Source: Adineta vaga (Eukaryota; Animalia; Rotifera). Taken from it: DNA of 64,000 bases. The notes beneath the pieces were generated by a model. That model did no database searches. It saw nothing but the letters and a program-made list of their open reading frames with translations, and was not told the origin of the DNA. Below, in pieces: positions 13,995-25,988 of this stretch; positions within the stretch are counted from its first letter, which is position 1; every line of letters starts with the position of its first letter. The stretch covers positions 1,364,001 through 1,428,000 of the forward strand of contig CP075494.1 in NCBI GenBank assembly GCA_021613535.1, read 5' to 3'. The translations under genes were made by a program, and so were the position numbers.

Positions 13995-14223
13995 TTCAAA
14001 AGTCGTCATGTACTCCAGAACAAGAGCATCTCACTCGCTATTGGCTGACAAAACAAATACCTCTGACCTTATTGATTGAGACAGATACCATCTGAAACTT
14101 CATTGATTGAGAAAAAGAGTATCTCAGACCTCATTGGTCGCAAAAAAGAGCATCTCAAATTTGATTGGTCCTCATGCAATCGATGACTCATCGATTAGAT
14201 GACTCATGTGAAATATGACTCAT
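13995..14223 (-). promoter_or_regulatory. Putative transposase promoter: five 31-bp units each with a CCAAT/TCAAT box, plus three ATGACTCAT (AP-1-type) sites
   Basis: ATTG(G/A) at 14040, 14071, 14102, 14133, 14164 (exact 31-bp period). ATGACTCAT at 14183, 14199, 14215 (16-bp period). TTTGAA on the minus strand at 14000-13995. All lie 110-340 bp upstream of ATG 13885. Confidence 0.6.
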
Positions 14224-16606
14224 GTGTGTGTTGAGTACTACTCACCTTTGACATTGATGACAAAACTATCAAGTGATTTTGTAGTTGAAAATTGAAGAAA
14301 TGAGCTTGAATGTTATTTGCATCTGCTTTTATACACCATCACAAAGAGTAACCGTTATTATTCAAAGCATCCAATGAAAAAGTAAAACAACTGTGGTAAC
14401 TACGCCGCATTTGCGATCGCATTTGCGCCGCAGTTATCGCACTCAGTCACACAATGGTTGCTGCGCTTAGTGCGTCGCATTTGCGATCGCAAATGCGACG
14501 CACTAAGCACAATGCCTTTTATCAGACTTGTGACTGCGACAACTGCGACGCATTTACGCGCAATAGCGTCGCAAAAAGGCCAATGCGCGCAATTGCGACG
14601 CAGTCCTTAAAAATGAGGCGATATGGGATTGAGCAAGCAATGAACGTGATACATAAAGACCTGAAAAAATGACATGTAGCCGAAAGTAAAAATAATTTCA
14701 TACCAGGATTATCTCGCAAGAAAATTTGATGTGCTTCATGTAGATTATATAACAAAACTCTTTTCTGAAACGTTTTCTTACTGCCACCAACCTCTCTGAC
14801 GACGACTGTATCACGTTCATAGTAACGAAGAATAACATTTTTGGTTGTCGATGATAAAGTTCTTGTAACACGTGGATGAGTTTGTATTGGTAAAAGTCCA
14901 ACAGATTCGGGAATTGTTTTTATAACTAGTTGTTTCTTACCTGGATCTTTGAGCAACATTTTCTTGACTTTCTTTGTTGCTTTTGCCACTTTTTGTACTG
15001 TTGGAGATGAATTACTAAGTAAAAAAAGAAAATAATGTACTGTTGCTCATTATTGTTGACACCCGTACTTCTCGTTTGAAGACTTCTTTTTCATATAAGG
15101 TTCCTGTGAATCAGCATGTGCAACCAGATAATTAATTCATGCTGATCCGGTCAATTTTTGACAAAATAGTTTGTCAAAAAAAGTGCGCGTTAGATAACAG
15201 AAAATATATCGTGGTAGACGACTGAAACTCAATGTGAATCTTTTTCTCATCTTCATAAATAATATGAACGAAATATATGACCTATATGAACCGATTCATT
15301 ATTTGACAAGCCAAAGTCGCATGAGTGCGTTACCATTTATTTTGATGTACAAGGCGGTTTTGAACAAACCTAAAATATTCATATAATAGACCCTCAAGAG
15401 TTAGCTAAATATAGATAGTATTCTTTAATATTGTTTAACGTATTAGCAGGGGAAAATTTAAAAAACGTCCAATTAGTAACGCACTCATCACTGTTTTGGC
15501 CAAGTTTTTCAGGAAGACTTTCTCAACCACGGATAGAGATAATAATTCATTTGAAATTCTGGTACAAAGCCCATTTATTACTGATTCTCCTCACATCCTA
15601 ACTGTTTTATAAATCATTGTGGAACGGTCGCTGAGAACCTTTGTCTATATGCTGTCAAAACATATGATAATAAGACCACTTTGTGCCTTATGTTTCGAGC
15701 TCTGATTGTCTTGTTAGATAGAACAGATAAGAAAACAAGATGCATGCTCTTGTACTGTTAAAAATTCTCTATATGAACGAATGGAATCGGAGCGTTGCAC
15801 CTAAATAGTGTTCATCGTTAGCTTTAGCTACAATGAAATTCGAGTTTTTGAAGCAGGATTCTGTTACGTTATGTACGTGCTTCTTTTCTATGCATGCAAA
15901 TGTTATTTCACGGTCAGTGAGCACTCGCACTCTTTTATGTGCGTGTTAACATCGCATGTTCTTGCGTGCAGTTTTCTTTGACGGATATTCGCATGTTAGA
16001 TGCCTTTTCTAAACAAAATATTTGTGTATCTATATATAGACTAAGCTTGGGATCGAAATCTTATCGAAGAGTGAAACACGATTGTCAGGAAGCGACTATT
16101 TACATCGTTATTCGATAAAAGTTCTAGTCTTATCTGGTTCCTTTGGTCTTACAACATTTTCTCAATTGCTACTCTCTGTATACACACAGCATAGATGAAA
16201 ACATCTCTGTTGTAAGAAGTCAAAATATTTTCATCGTACAAATGTTACTAAAATATGCTACTAATTAACGTGTTTCAATGTTGATACAGATGCGTGTTTT
16301 TAGAAGTTCTAGAACAAGCACTGTATATGATTTCTTTTCACATAAATTGTATTTTGTTGTACAATAAGCAGAATAATTATTTATATCTAGTTGCTTATGT
16401 TAAATGTAAATGGTGATAATTGCGTTCTCTAAATACAGGAAATGAGCAAATAGAGTGAAAGCAGCGTAAAATCTCAGCCGGATAGTTCGATTTACTTTTA
16501 GTTGAATTATTTACAAGAAAAGTCTTAATTCAAAGCAGATGTATACAAGCATAGAAGAAAGATTCATTCTCGTCAGATTGAAACTTGTGAACAAGGAAAT
16601 TAGAAA

Positions 16607-17643
16607 ATGTCTTCGCAAATCATTGCAACGCTTAGATTTGCTGGAGAGCAAGTGAACATTTTCTTGGGCATACCAGTTCTGGTCGCTGGTCTCCTCGGAG
16701 GGTTCCTCAATTTAATTGTATTTCTCACTCTTCGAACATTTCGAGAAAGTTCATCTGCATTCTATTTAATTGTCATGTCAATTGTTAACAGTGGTCGATT
16801 ACTCACTGGTCTAATGTCTTATATTCTGATCAATGGATATGCAATCGATTGGACTACAACTTCATTAGCCTACTGTAAAATCCGATATTTCTTGGTTCTA
16901 ACATTTGCACCAATATCATGCACATGTTTGTGTCTATCCACAATTGATCAATATTTCGCCACTTGTTCTCGTCCTCGGTGGCAACATTGGAGCAATATCA
17001 AATTAGCCAATCGTGTAATGATAGGATTCATTTTCATTTGGATTTTGCATTCATCTCCACATTTTTTCTTTTATAATCATGTTCAATCAGTTACAACAGG
17101 TAAAATTTCCTGCACGAGTACGAATGTGATATTTTCTCAATATCGCACTTATGGTATCAATCTCATTCTCATCGGTTTTCTACCAGTCTCGATTACAATT
17201 TCGTTTGGACTTTTCGCTTTTCGTAATGTGAAACAACTGGCTCATCGGGCGTTGCCTCTTGTTCGACGCGAATTAGATAAACAAATAACAGCTATGGTTC
17301 TTCTACAAGTTGTCTTCAATGCCTTTATGACATTACCATACCTCATTACAAGTGCTCTTGCACTAGATACGAATATTATGAGTGATCCAGTCGTAGCAGC
17401 AAAAATACAATTTTTAACTACGGTCACCATTCTCATCTACTATGCAAATTGTTCGGTAGGTAAAGAGCGATTCAATAATATTAAAAATTTTGATTTTGTA
17501 ACTATTTCTAGATTCCATTTTATCTCTATATGTGTGTATCGGAACGATTTCGTCGACAGTTCATTTATGCACTCTTCAAGATTCATCTGAACCGATGGCA
17601 ACAACCAAGAATGCCTAAGAATCAAGTGGTACCAGGATCGTAA
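16607..17643 (+). CDS. Rhodopsin-family (class A) GPCR, 2 exons
   Basis: Seven hydrophobic segments, GGFLNLIVF (TM1), YCKIRYF, STIDQY (DRY-like). Intron 17456-17511. Exon 2 IPFYLYMCVSERFRRQF...PGS* ends at 17643. AATAAA at ~17765. Confidence 0.92.
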
Positions 17644-18034
17644 CGAACAACCGGCTGACAATGATTGTGAACATTACTCTATGTTTACTCTTATTTGATC
17701 AATACGCATATATTCGAACTATTTAATAATTTTTATTATTACTCATTTCTGTCGTTTTTGTCACAATAAAATGTCTTCATCGCAGTTCAGTTTGAGGGTG
17801 TGAGTGTGAGTTAAGCAATGATAGTCACCCACACACGTTTTCTTCACATATTGAAAAACACGGTTATTTCTCTCGTGATGTCAAGATTGATGTTGATACT
17901 TAACCGAATGTGAACCAGCAGGACACTCAGATCCTCACTTAAACGAGGCGCATTTTGCAGCGGCAAAATAACCAATTCTCGTATCGCCATTTACATTAGT
18001 ATACTTACTACCGTTGGTGTATGTGCAATGCATC

Positions 18035-18089
18035 TTGAGGGTGTGGGTGGGTGAAGATAATGAAAGAAAACAACCACATCCACACCCTC
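18035..18089. repeat. Inverted telomere-like hexamer element (copy left of the fusion gene)
   Basis: TTGAGGG TGTGGG TGGG TG - AT-rich spacer - CCACAT CCACAC CCTC. Confidence 0.75.
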
Positions 18090-18297
18090 CATAGAAATCT
18101 GTGCATTGTATTAAATCAATTTTTTCAACAATTTGATATAATAAAAGATGTTGCAATCATATAAGTTATCATTGTATTACTAAAATGAACTATGTCGATC
18201 AGAAAAGATAATTAAAACGTTTAGGAAATAAAAATATGAAAAAAAGTTTCTTTTTCGATAGTGTCATATTGATAAAATAATAATTTTAACGAATAAG

Positions 18298-21219
18298 TTA
18301 ATTAGCAATTGGAAAAGCTATATAATTAGCTTTGTCAAATCGTATTAAAGTGTAATTTATATCATCAAAAAAGTTTTAATTTCACCAAATAAACTTGTTT
18401 TATTATAAAATAATAATGTTGATGCATTATTAAGAATTTCAATATATATGATTGGATTAAATGCATTTATAGTTTTAATCATTCCTTGTAAAGCTATTAA
18501 TTCATGACATTCACAATCAATTTTAATAATACTTATTCGTTTTTCAAGATTAAACAATGTATCAAATGATACACATTCAATTTCTTTGATATTAGCAGAA
18601 GAAGAATCTGATAAATCATCAATTTTAACGTACTAATTGTATCATTATCAACAATATGAGAAGATTCACCGTCATCATATAATAAACTAGTTTTATTTGT
18701 ATTGGAAACTGCATATTTATAAGTAAAAATATTTCCTGTTATATGATAATATAATTTGATGTTTTTTCTTAAATATTTAAATATAGTATCTGATGGTTCA
18801 AAACATATGATTTCAGCAGTTTTATTTGATCTCTTTAATTCATTAGATAATAATATAGAAAATATTCCAACATTTGATCCAATATCAAGTATAACATCAC
18901 CATTTATTGTACGCATAACAATATCATTAATTAAACAACATAAATTTTGATTTTTATGATAAATAAGTTCTTTATAAACTACTCATTGTTTCATAAGACT
19001 TTGAGGTTATATATAATAAAATGTATATAATCGATTATCACAAGATTGTATTTCAATTAGATTTGAATTCTTCTTATTATAATAAAAATGACGAAGAGTA
19101 ATACATGATAAACCTAATAAAAAATGAAATGATAAAATGAAATTATTTAATAAAACTGTTAAAAACTGAGAGAAAATGTGAAATTATTATTTTTATTTAT
19201 ATATCTTCTGGAACTTGTTTCAATAGATGATTGTAAATTAATTCTTTTATCATTTTTGTATAATTTCAATAATCTAACATCTTCTAATAGACTAACATAT
19301 TCAAATCCATGAAAATTTCCAGCTGAAAAACACATTACTTGGTCTCCATAAGGTAATTTTCTTATTTTATTAACTATAAATTCAAGTAATCTTAACCAAC
19401 AACTATTCTTTGAATCACTGAATTGAATATCAAAATAGACCATTTTATTTCGATATATATTTAAAGTATTTGTAACTTTGTATCAACATGAAGAAACATA
19501 ACATATTTGCCTTTACTTTTTGTAAATCCAAAATTCATTTGAAAAGATCTTCCTAAACTATATATTTCATAAATATAAATATTATTGAACTGTATTTTAT
19601 GTTTATATTCAATTATTTTCTTAATAGTATGATCAATACTTCCACCATCAACTATAATTATTTCCAAATGATTTAATGATTTTGCATTTGTTATGATTGA
19701 ATCTAATGTCATAACAATATTTTCTTCTTCATTTAAAGTTGGTATAATGATTGAATATTGAATATTTGTTAGATTTAATGATTCTAAATCTTCAATAGTA
19801 TCAACATCATAAATAATTTCATCTAATATTTTAAGTTGACCATTATATTTCTTGATTGAATTACAAGTTTGTTCAAAAACATTTTCTTTGTAATTTATAT
19901 TTTGAAAAATAGGTATAAAATTCGGTAAACCTAATATATAATATCCATCATCAAATGTTTTACCAATGATATAATGATTATTTTCTATTTCTTTTAAAGA
20001 ATTATAAAATAAATTTTCATTGATTGTTGGAACATCTGAAGGCATTAATATAATTCTATCAAGTAATTCCGATATATAATGCACTCTCTCTTCAAATGTT
20101 ACATCTGGTTGTTTTATAAAAAAATAAATTCTTTGAATTTATAAAACCATTATGAATGACAGTTTTCATGTAATATTCATCATTAACACCAGTATAGTTT
20201 ATTATTATATAGATATTGTTTGAAGAATTTTATTTAATGAATATATATGAAATTCAACAGCAAGTTCATTTCCTATTGATTTTGCTAATCTTGTTTTAGT
20301 TTTTCCAGGTTCAGGATATCGAGTAAATAATACAATATTATTTGAATAAATACGTATAACTGAATTATTTGTAATATCAAATAGAAATGTTTCATTGATT
20401 TGAGTTGTTTTTTTCAATATAAAAATGTCACCTTTATTGTCAATTGATTTACAAAAATCAATTGTTAATTCATTATCGATCTTACATATATTAATAGCTT
20501 CTACTTTTGCTAAAATATCCTTGTTATTTTCAATAATTTTTCTCATCAATTTTTCTTCATTGTTTTGAATATTTATTGTTTTAATTGAATATAAGTATTG
20601 ATTGACATTGCCATTTAATATAAAAGTTTCATTATCAGATTGACATAGTTTATTAACAATTCTATCTATTAATAATTCATCTTTTACAAAAAGAATTCGA
20701 TATATATGAAGTAACATTATGTAATAATTGTATATCATATAAATCCAAATCAATAATGAACCAAATATACTATGCATATGAATAGAATGTAATGAATGTG
20801 AATGATATTTAACTGCTTCAAGTAGATATAAACCTATTGGTAATATAAAACTTTTAATTGTTGATAGATTCGTTGATTTTAGTTCATATTTCGATACTAG
20901 TTTCATGAAATTAATCATAAAATTACATAATAAATATAACACAGCAAATGAAATGTTAATTATATTATGATGTACATATATTCCAAGCATCGTAATTTCA
21001 CGTATTTTATTCGAAATTATATGTAATATATCACCAAACTTTGATTCAACACATAGTTTTTTTTGCTAAATATCCATCAAGAGTATCCAGTAAGAGCGAT
21101 AAAATTAAGTATGGCGTATAATAGAATTGTTCATCATGTATTTTACTTAACAATATCGCATTACATATCAATCCTGTGATCGTTATTAAATTCACGAATA
21201 AAAATAAAATAATATCCAT
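18298..21219 (-). pseudogene. Intronless four-domain fusion: CDP-alcohol phosphatidyltransferase + TIGR04282/DUF2064 glycosyltransferase + TIGR04283 GT2 glycosyltransferase + FkbM-family methyltransferase (~970 codons, multiple lesions)
   Basis: From ATG 21219: VNLIT...LDTLDGYLAKK/LCVESKFGDILH (CDP-AP motif). IVLFTRYPEPGKTKTRLAKSIG, SDVP, IIGKTFDDGYYILG, YDVDTIEDL (TIGR04282). SIIIPTLNEEENI, IIIVDGGSIDHT, GRSFQMNFG, MFLHVDT, LPYGDQ, LLED, TSSRRY (TIGR04283). ILDIGSNVG, CFEPS, IKIDCECHE..LQG...PIIYIE (FkbM). About 7 frameshifts and 2 in-frame stops. Confidence 0.85.
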
Positions 21220-21368
21220 ATTATTTTTTTACGTAGCAACGAATAAACTTTCTTAAAGACCCAAAAATCTCTAGAACAATGTAGCAGGCATATAAGCAAC
21301 AATTCTTTAGTAAATATATTACCAGTAAGTAGTTGAATACGAGCTTAAGAAGAAATAGGTATCACAAC

Positions 21369-21929
21369 TGGGTGTGGGTGGGGGGTAACCGTGTGGGTGA
21401 AATTTATCTCAGCACACCCACCCACACCCGAACCCACACCCCACACCCACCCACACCCACCCTTCTAGTGTGCTAGTTCGATACTTTTTGAGAAGCGGAT
21501 TTCACACTTGTACAGGATGTCTCATCTCGAAGACGTTCTGTGGTAGCAGGTGCTGCCAGTGAGTGTGAATGTTGGTGAAAGTGAGATATGGATACATCGT
21601 CCATCTCATCCACACCCACACCCACACCCTAAAATAAGTGATGCTCTACGTACTGTTTCCAAATTTCCAAATAATTATACTAAATTTCCGAGTTAATTGT
21701 TAGAGTTTAGTAGTTTACTTGAGCAAGAGCAATTTTGTTTAATATACTAGGTCTCAAAAGTTATTATTTGCCAAATTTGATATATTGAAAAGGGAGAATT
21801 TAAAACAAATAGTGAACACCAAGAAAAAAATCAATCGAGAGTGTGGATGTGAGTGAGGGTGGGTGTCGGCGTGCGTATTTATTCTTTAAACCCACACCAA
21901 CATCCTCACACGCCCAAACCCACACTCTC
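21369..21929. repeat. Cluster of three inverted telomere-like hexamer elements (21369-21462, 21559-21630, 21837-21929)
   Basis: G-rich arm (TGGGTGTGGGTG...) followed by C-rich arm (CACACCCACCCACACCC...) in each copy. Confidence 0.75.
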
Positions 21930-23556
21930 TCTTCTATCAAACAATGTAACAAAGAACAAATAATAAATGAAACACATTTATTCTCACCTGATGGATGATG
22001 GCTGATCATTACTGAAAGTATGGTAATAGAAGAATGTGTTTCAGTTTTCTCTTCTGTAGATGATTCCAGATGACTGCTATCAACATGTGCTGCATTCGAT
22101 TCTTCTATATTGTTCCTTTTCTCGCTGCATACCAAAAATTGAGAAGGAATTCTGTACAGTATGATTATCACAATTGTTTTTTTTAAACTACCTTCGTGAT
22201 ATAGAATGCTGTGTAAAAGATGCAGGTATCATAGAATTTCTATTATAAGATAGTTTTTGGATGTTGTTAAAAGGTCATTGTGATGTATTACACGTAAGCG
22301 ATGCTATTCAGAAGTAAGATATATAAGAAAAAGGATGGGTGTTGCTGCGAGAAATGTTAGAAAGCAAGTGGATATTGAACACTGCATAGTGCACGTTGTT
22401 CTATAAGAGGGCAAAATTCTCTATGTGGCTGTTAACTGTCTATTTCACTCTCGATTAGAAGTTCACCTTACGATTACTTACATTACTTCGAGATTTTCTG
22501 AGTTAAAAAAAGTCGAATTTGTGTTCCATTAGCCTGATAAGTACTGAGTAGATAAATTCTGTCGAGTTGAACCGATCAAATGTTTTTGGATTGATGAATT
22601 GAATTCACAAGTATTTTTCATCGTCTGGGTGTAATCTTCGGGAATCTGTAGTTTTATATTAGCGACTGTTTTTCTAAAAAGATTCTTCTGTTCGAATTGA
22701 ATCCAAATATCACATTGAAAATTTTATTCATCATTCAACTTTTTCAACAATTCATATTTACTCCCATCTTCCGACGAGTGTTTGTAAAGACAAATAGCGT
22801 AATCCGAATGATTATTATTGAGAATTAACGTCCCTTTATCTTTCTTTTCCACACGCTCGTCCTTATTTATTAGTCGAACTATCCATCTTCACCTTCTTTA
22901 TTGGAAGTTTCTTTTATTTCACTGGAATCTTGAGGGTGAGTGGGTGTGGATGTGTTTACAATAGAGTCACCACAACGCGTTTCGAGTCAACTACGACTCT
23001 CATCAAGTGGCAAATAGATTAGTTGCGTGCATTTTATTTTCTAAATCGAAATTCAAAACGAGTTCCAATATTAGAAAGGGTGAGGGTGTGTGAATATAAA
23101 AATAAGTTTTGTAGAAATTCAAATAGAATAATCATTCATCTATCCACGAGTGCACAAGTCAATCTGAATAAAATTATCCACAGCGACATGCTTAAATAAG
23201 TACGAGAAGCTTATTTGAAAAGATCACAAAATCAAAGCATGACTCGAACCTACATCTTCCGATAGCCCATCTGGCCGTATAGGATGAATTCACAGCTCTA
23301 TGTTTGAATGTTTGCTGTTATGGGCTGACTAGTGTGTGAACAAATAAGTTAGATTCGATTTTGAATTAAGTTTAAAGGAAAGTGAACTCCAGATAGGCGT
23401 ATTGTTGAAGAAATTCGATCGAGCTATTTCATTAAGTTGAATTACAGTGTCGACTATGTATTTGTTTCGCCCTATTCCGTTGCTTTGCCGTGGAACTCTG
23501 ATACGTCGCATGTCTATCTGTGTTCTGTGAAGGTAAAAATGTGTGATACGTACGTC

Positions 23557-23628
23557 TTGAGGGTGGGTGTGGGTATGGGGTATGGTCTCTCTTTCACTGC
23601 TCACTCACACCCATACCCTCACCCTCAA
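23557..23628. repeat. Inverted telomere-like hexamer element
   Basis: TTGAGGGTGGGTGTGGGTATGGG...CTCACACCCATACCCTCACCCTCAA. The right arm read on the minus strand is TTGAGGG TGAGGG TATGGG TGTGAG. Confidence 0.8.
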
Positions 23629-24230
23629 TTATCATCTTACCTGCTCGCCATCGTTCAAAGTATACAGTCAACTTACAATTAACTGAAGCTGCGAGAATTC
23701 GACATGGAATACAAGCCGAACAGTTATGTTCTTGTGCGTGAACAAAAAGTATCTGATGATACGAAATCCATTTTTTTTTGTTTTCTTAAACCAGATAAAA
23801 GGAAAACATTGATAAAGACAAGATGGTAATCAAGCATTCTTTTCAGGGAATGACATTGAAAAAACTTTTTTTCAATAGAAACTTTCATTTCATTCAAGTA
23901 TTGTTTATCATGTTCATTGAGGATGAAAAGACGTTGATTTCTATTAATTCCTCTTGCATTCTTCTAATTTTTATATTTCTTTACACGATAGGATATATTA
24001 CAAAATATGTGTCTTGTCGTGGTGACTAAGTAACGTGCTTTCATGAATTCATTTATATTACTTTCAGCAATCATCAACTTTTCACAAGAAATAATTATAG
24101 CGTTATGTGATTTCATGTAATGTGATGTACGCATCTGGATGCATATTCACATAAATATAAAAGAAAGCATGTTGACATCATTATATATTTGATATAGTTG
24201 AAAAAATTAGCCGTACATTTATTTCAAACA

Positions 24231-25211
24231 ATGAATACAACTACTATGGAAATATTTGAAGACAAGAATTTTCTTCTTCATCAAATTAAATTTTGGTTAA
24301 TACTTATTCTACAAATTCCATCAATTTTAGTTTCTCTACTCATTTTTGTTTTTCTTTTTAAACATCGTTCTATTCTATTTTCTCCACAAACTCAAATTCT
24401 TTGTATTCTATTGATGGTCAATTTCATTCAATTAACATTTAATCTTCCTCTTCCTCTTCATTTCTATCGACTTGGTTATGTTAGTCCAGCTATTCCACAG
24501 TTTTGTATGCTTTGGACATGTTTTGAATTTACATTATATGCAACGAGTGAATTTCTTGTAGCAACAATGTCTATTCAACGACATATACTCATTTTCAATA
24601 ATCATATTCTTCGTATTGGTTGGAAACATATTTTATTTTATAAATTACCATTATTATTTTGTTTAACTTATCCAATAACATTTTATACATTTGCTATTTT
24701 TTTGTATCCATGTGATGGTCGTATTCCTCATGATTATACAAATAATCTCTGTGGATTCACTGATTGTTATCTTATGTATGATAAATTTTGGGGAACATTT
24801 GATTGGACAGTGAATAATGGTTTACCAGTGGTTATCGATGTATTGGCTAATATCTTCTTAATTCTGAAAGTTGTTAAACAGAAACGTCGTCGTCAACAAA
24901 ATATATCTTGGCGACAACAAAGACATATGATAAAACAATTATTTTGTGTTTCTACTCTTTATATCATTGGATGGGGACCAAGTCTTATAGTTGGAGTTTA
25001 TCAAATCTTTGTTGATCCAACTTTTCTTTCTGAAATTCAATCAGGTTATTTACTTAGTCTTATCTATGGAATATGTCTTTTTCTTCCATGGATGTGTCTT
25101 AGTTTATTTCCTGATTTAAAAAAATGGATTAAAGTGTTATTTCGATATGGACAACATCAGAATGCAGTTGGACCAATAACACATAGAAATCGTATGGAAA
25201 CAGTTTTATGA
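24231..25211 (+). CDS. Rhodopsin-family (class A) GPCR, intronless
   Basis: 7-TM hydrophobic pattern, FCMLW (TM3 Cys), MSIQRH (DRY-like), basic ICL3 KQKRRRQQ. First ATG at 24231. Confidence 0.9.
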   Translation: MNTTTMEIFEDKNFLLHQIKFWLILILQIPSILVSLLIFVFLFKHRSILFSPQTQILCILLMVNFIQLTFNLPLPLHFYRLGYVSPAIPQFCMLWTCFEFTLYATSEFLVATMSIQRHILIFNNHILRIGWKHILFYKLPLLFCLTYPITFYTFAIFLYPCDGRIPHDYTNNLCGFTDCYLMYDKFWGTFDWTVNNGLPVVIDVLANIFLILKVVKQKRRRQQNISWRQQRHMIKQLFCVSTLYIIGWGPSLIVGVYQIFVDPTFLSEIQSGYLLSLIYGICLFLPWMCLSLFPDLKKWIKVLFRYGQHQNAVGPITHRNRMETVL

Positions 25212-25988
25212 TTACATTTATTTTCTTTTTTTTTTCAATATTTAACATGTAATTATGCTTCAACGGATACTCATATATTTTGTTATCCACACCCAACCAC
25301 CCTCAAGATGGTACTTATGTACGCGACGATATATCAGCACAAAATGGAAGATGTTTTCAGAGTTGTTAAATAAAATCGAGTCGATTTGGTTCTGCTTCCT
25401 TTAGAAAACGCAAAAATCGATCATATTACTGATCGAAATTACAAAATGGCACGGGAGAATATATTTTTCCCCTGCTGAAATACCCGTATCGAAAAGAAAA
25501 CGAAGACACTCTTGCGTGTCCTCTCTTAATTGAATGCTTTCGATTACTATTTTACAAAGAAGGTAATTAAACTTACATACATTGAAACAGGCACATCTAA
25601 TAACGATACCAGAATTGAGAAACATACACATACGTACATACCATAAAGTCGCGATAAGTGGTATTTGCATTCTACCATGACGGTCATTACATTAGTAAGC
25701 TGTCAATAATATAAATACAGAGCAAAACTTTGTTTTGTTGTTTCATTTTACATTTCAAACGATGGAGTAAGAACTGTCAATAGTTGAAGGACATCGTTTT
25801 TCGAAAAATGACTTCCTTTAAAGTATTTCGTATCTTTTTCTAAATGAAAGCGAGTATTTATTTGCTCGAAGTTTTAATTGCGTACTGCATCCAATACTTC
25901 CTCCTTTTTAAAAGTTATTTCTATCTTCTTATTATTCTCTTAGCATCATTAAATTGTAGCTGACATTGTTCAGATTTTTGTATTTACA

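Larger units (their letters stand above)
8322..14627 (-). mobile_element. CACTA/EnSpm (CMC superfamily) transposon, 6306 bp, two genes
   Basis: Termini CCCAT...ATGGG, 2-bp TSD AT (8320-8321 / 14628-14629), dense subterminal TTGCG/CGCAA repeats at 8330-8515 and 14400-14600. Removing the element plus one AT restores the host frame LAQLRPK. Confidence 0.92.
7480..15020 (-). pseudogene. Sola2-type DDD transposase, split by insertion and carrying stops/deletions
   Basis: Motifs KTFQKRVLLYNLHEAH, SRSLLAQLRPKHVV (restored across the insertion), VCLCLYHQN, VDYSENFSIEEQDSIQSAH*, HDKYCV, SDGAGSQFKQRY. Superfamily assignment is from recalled motif similarity. Confidence 0.7.
6845..15540 (-). mobile_element. 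Decayed Sola2-like DNA transposon (boundaries approximate) hosting a nested CACTA element
   Basis: Transposase remnants on both sides of the nested element. Subterminal motif GTAACGCACTCA recurs near both ends (~7129, ~7318, ~15322 reverse, ~15476). Candidate left terminus GGGGCTATCACC at 6845; no matching right TIR found. Confidence 0.55.

Noticed and set aside
21057-21064. A8 run in the fusion gene as a programmed ribosomal frameshift site
   Set aside because: The gene has many other frameshifts and stops, so decay or sequencing error is the simpler explanation.
21800-23682. ORFs 21800..22171, 23329..23604 and 23437..23682 (also 17935..18156 and 48341..48625)
   Set aside because: Their His/Pro/Thr or Gly/Val runs are translations of the telomere-like elements, with no other coding evidence.
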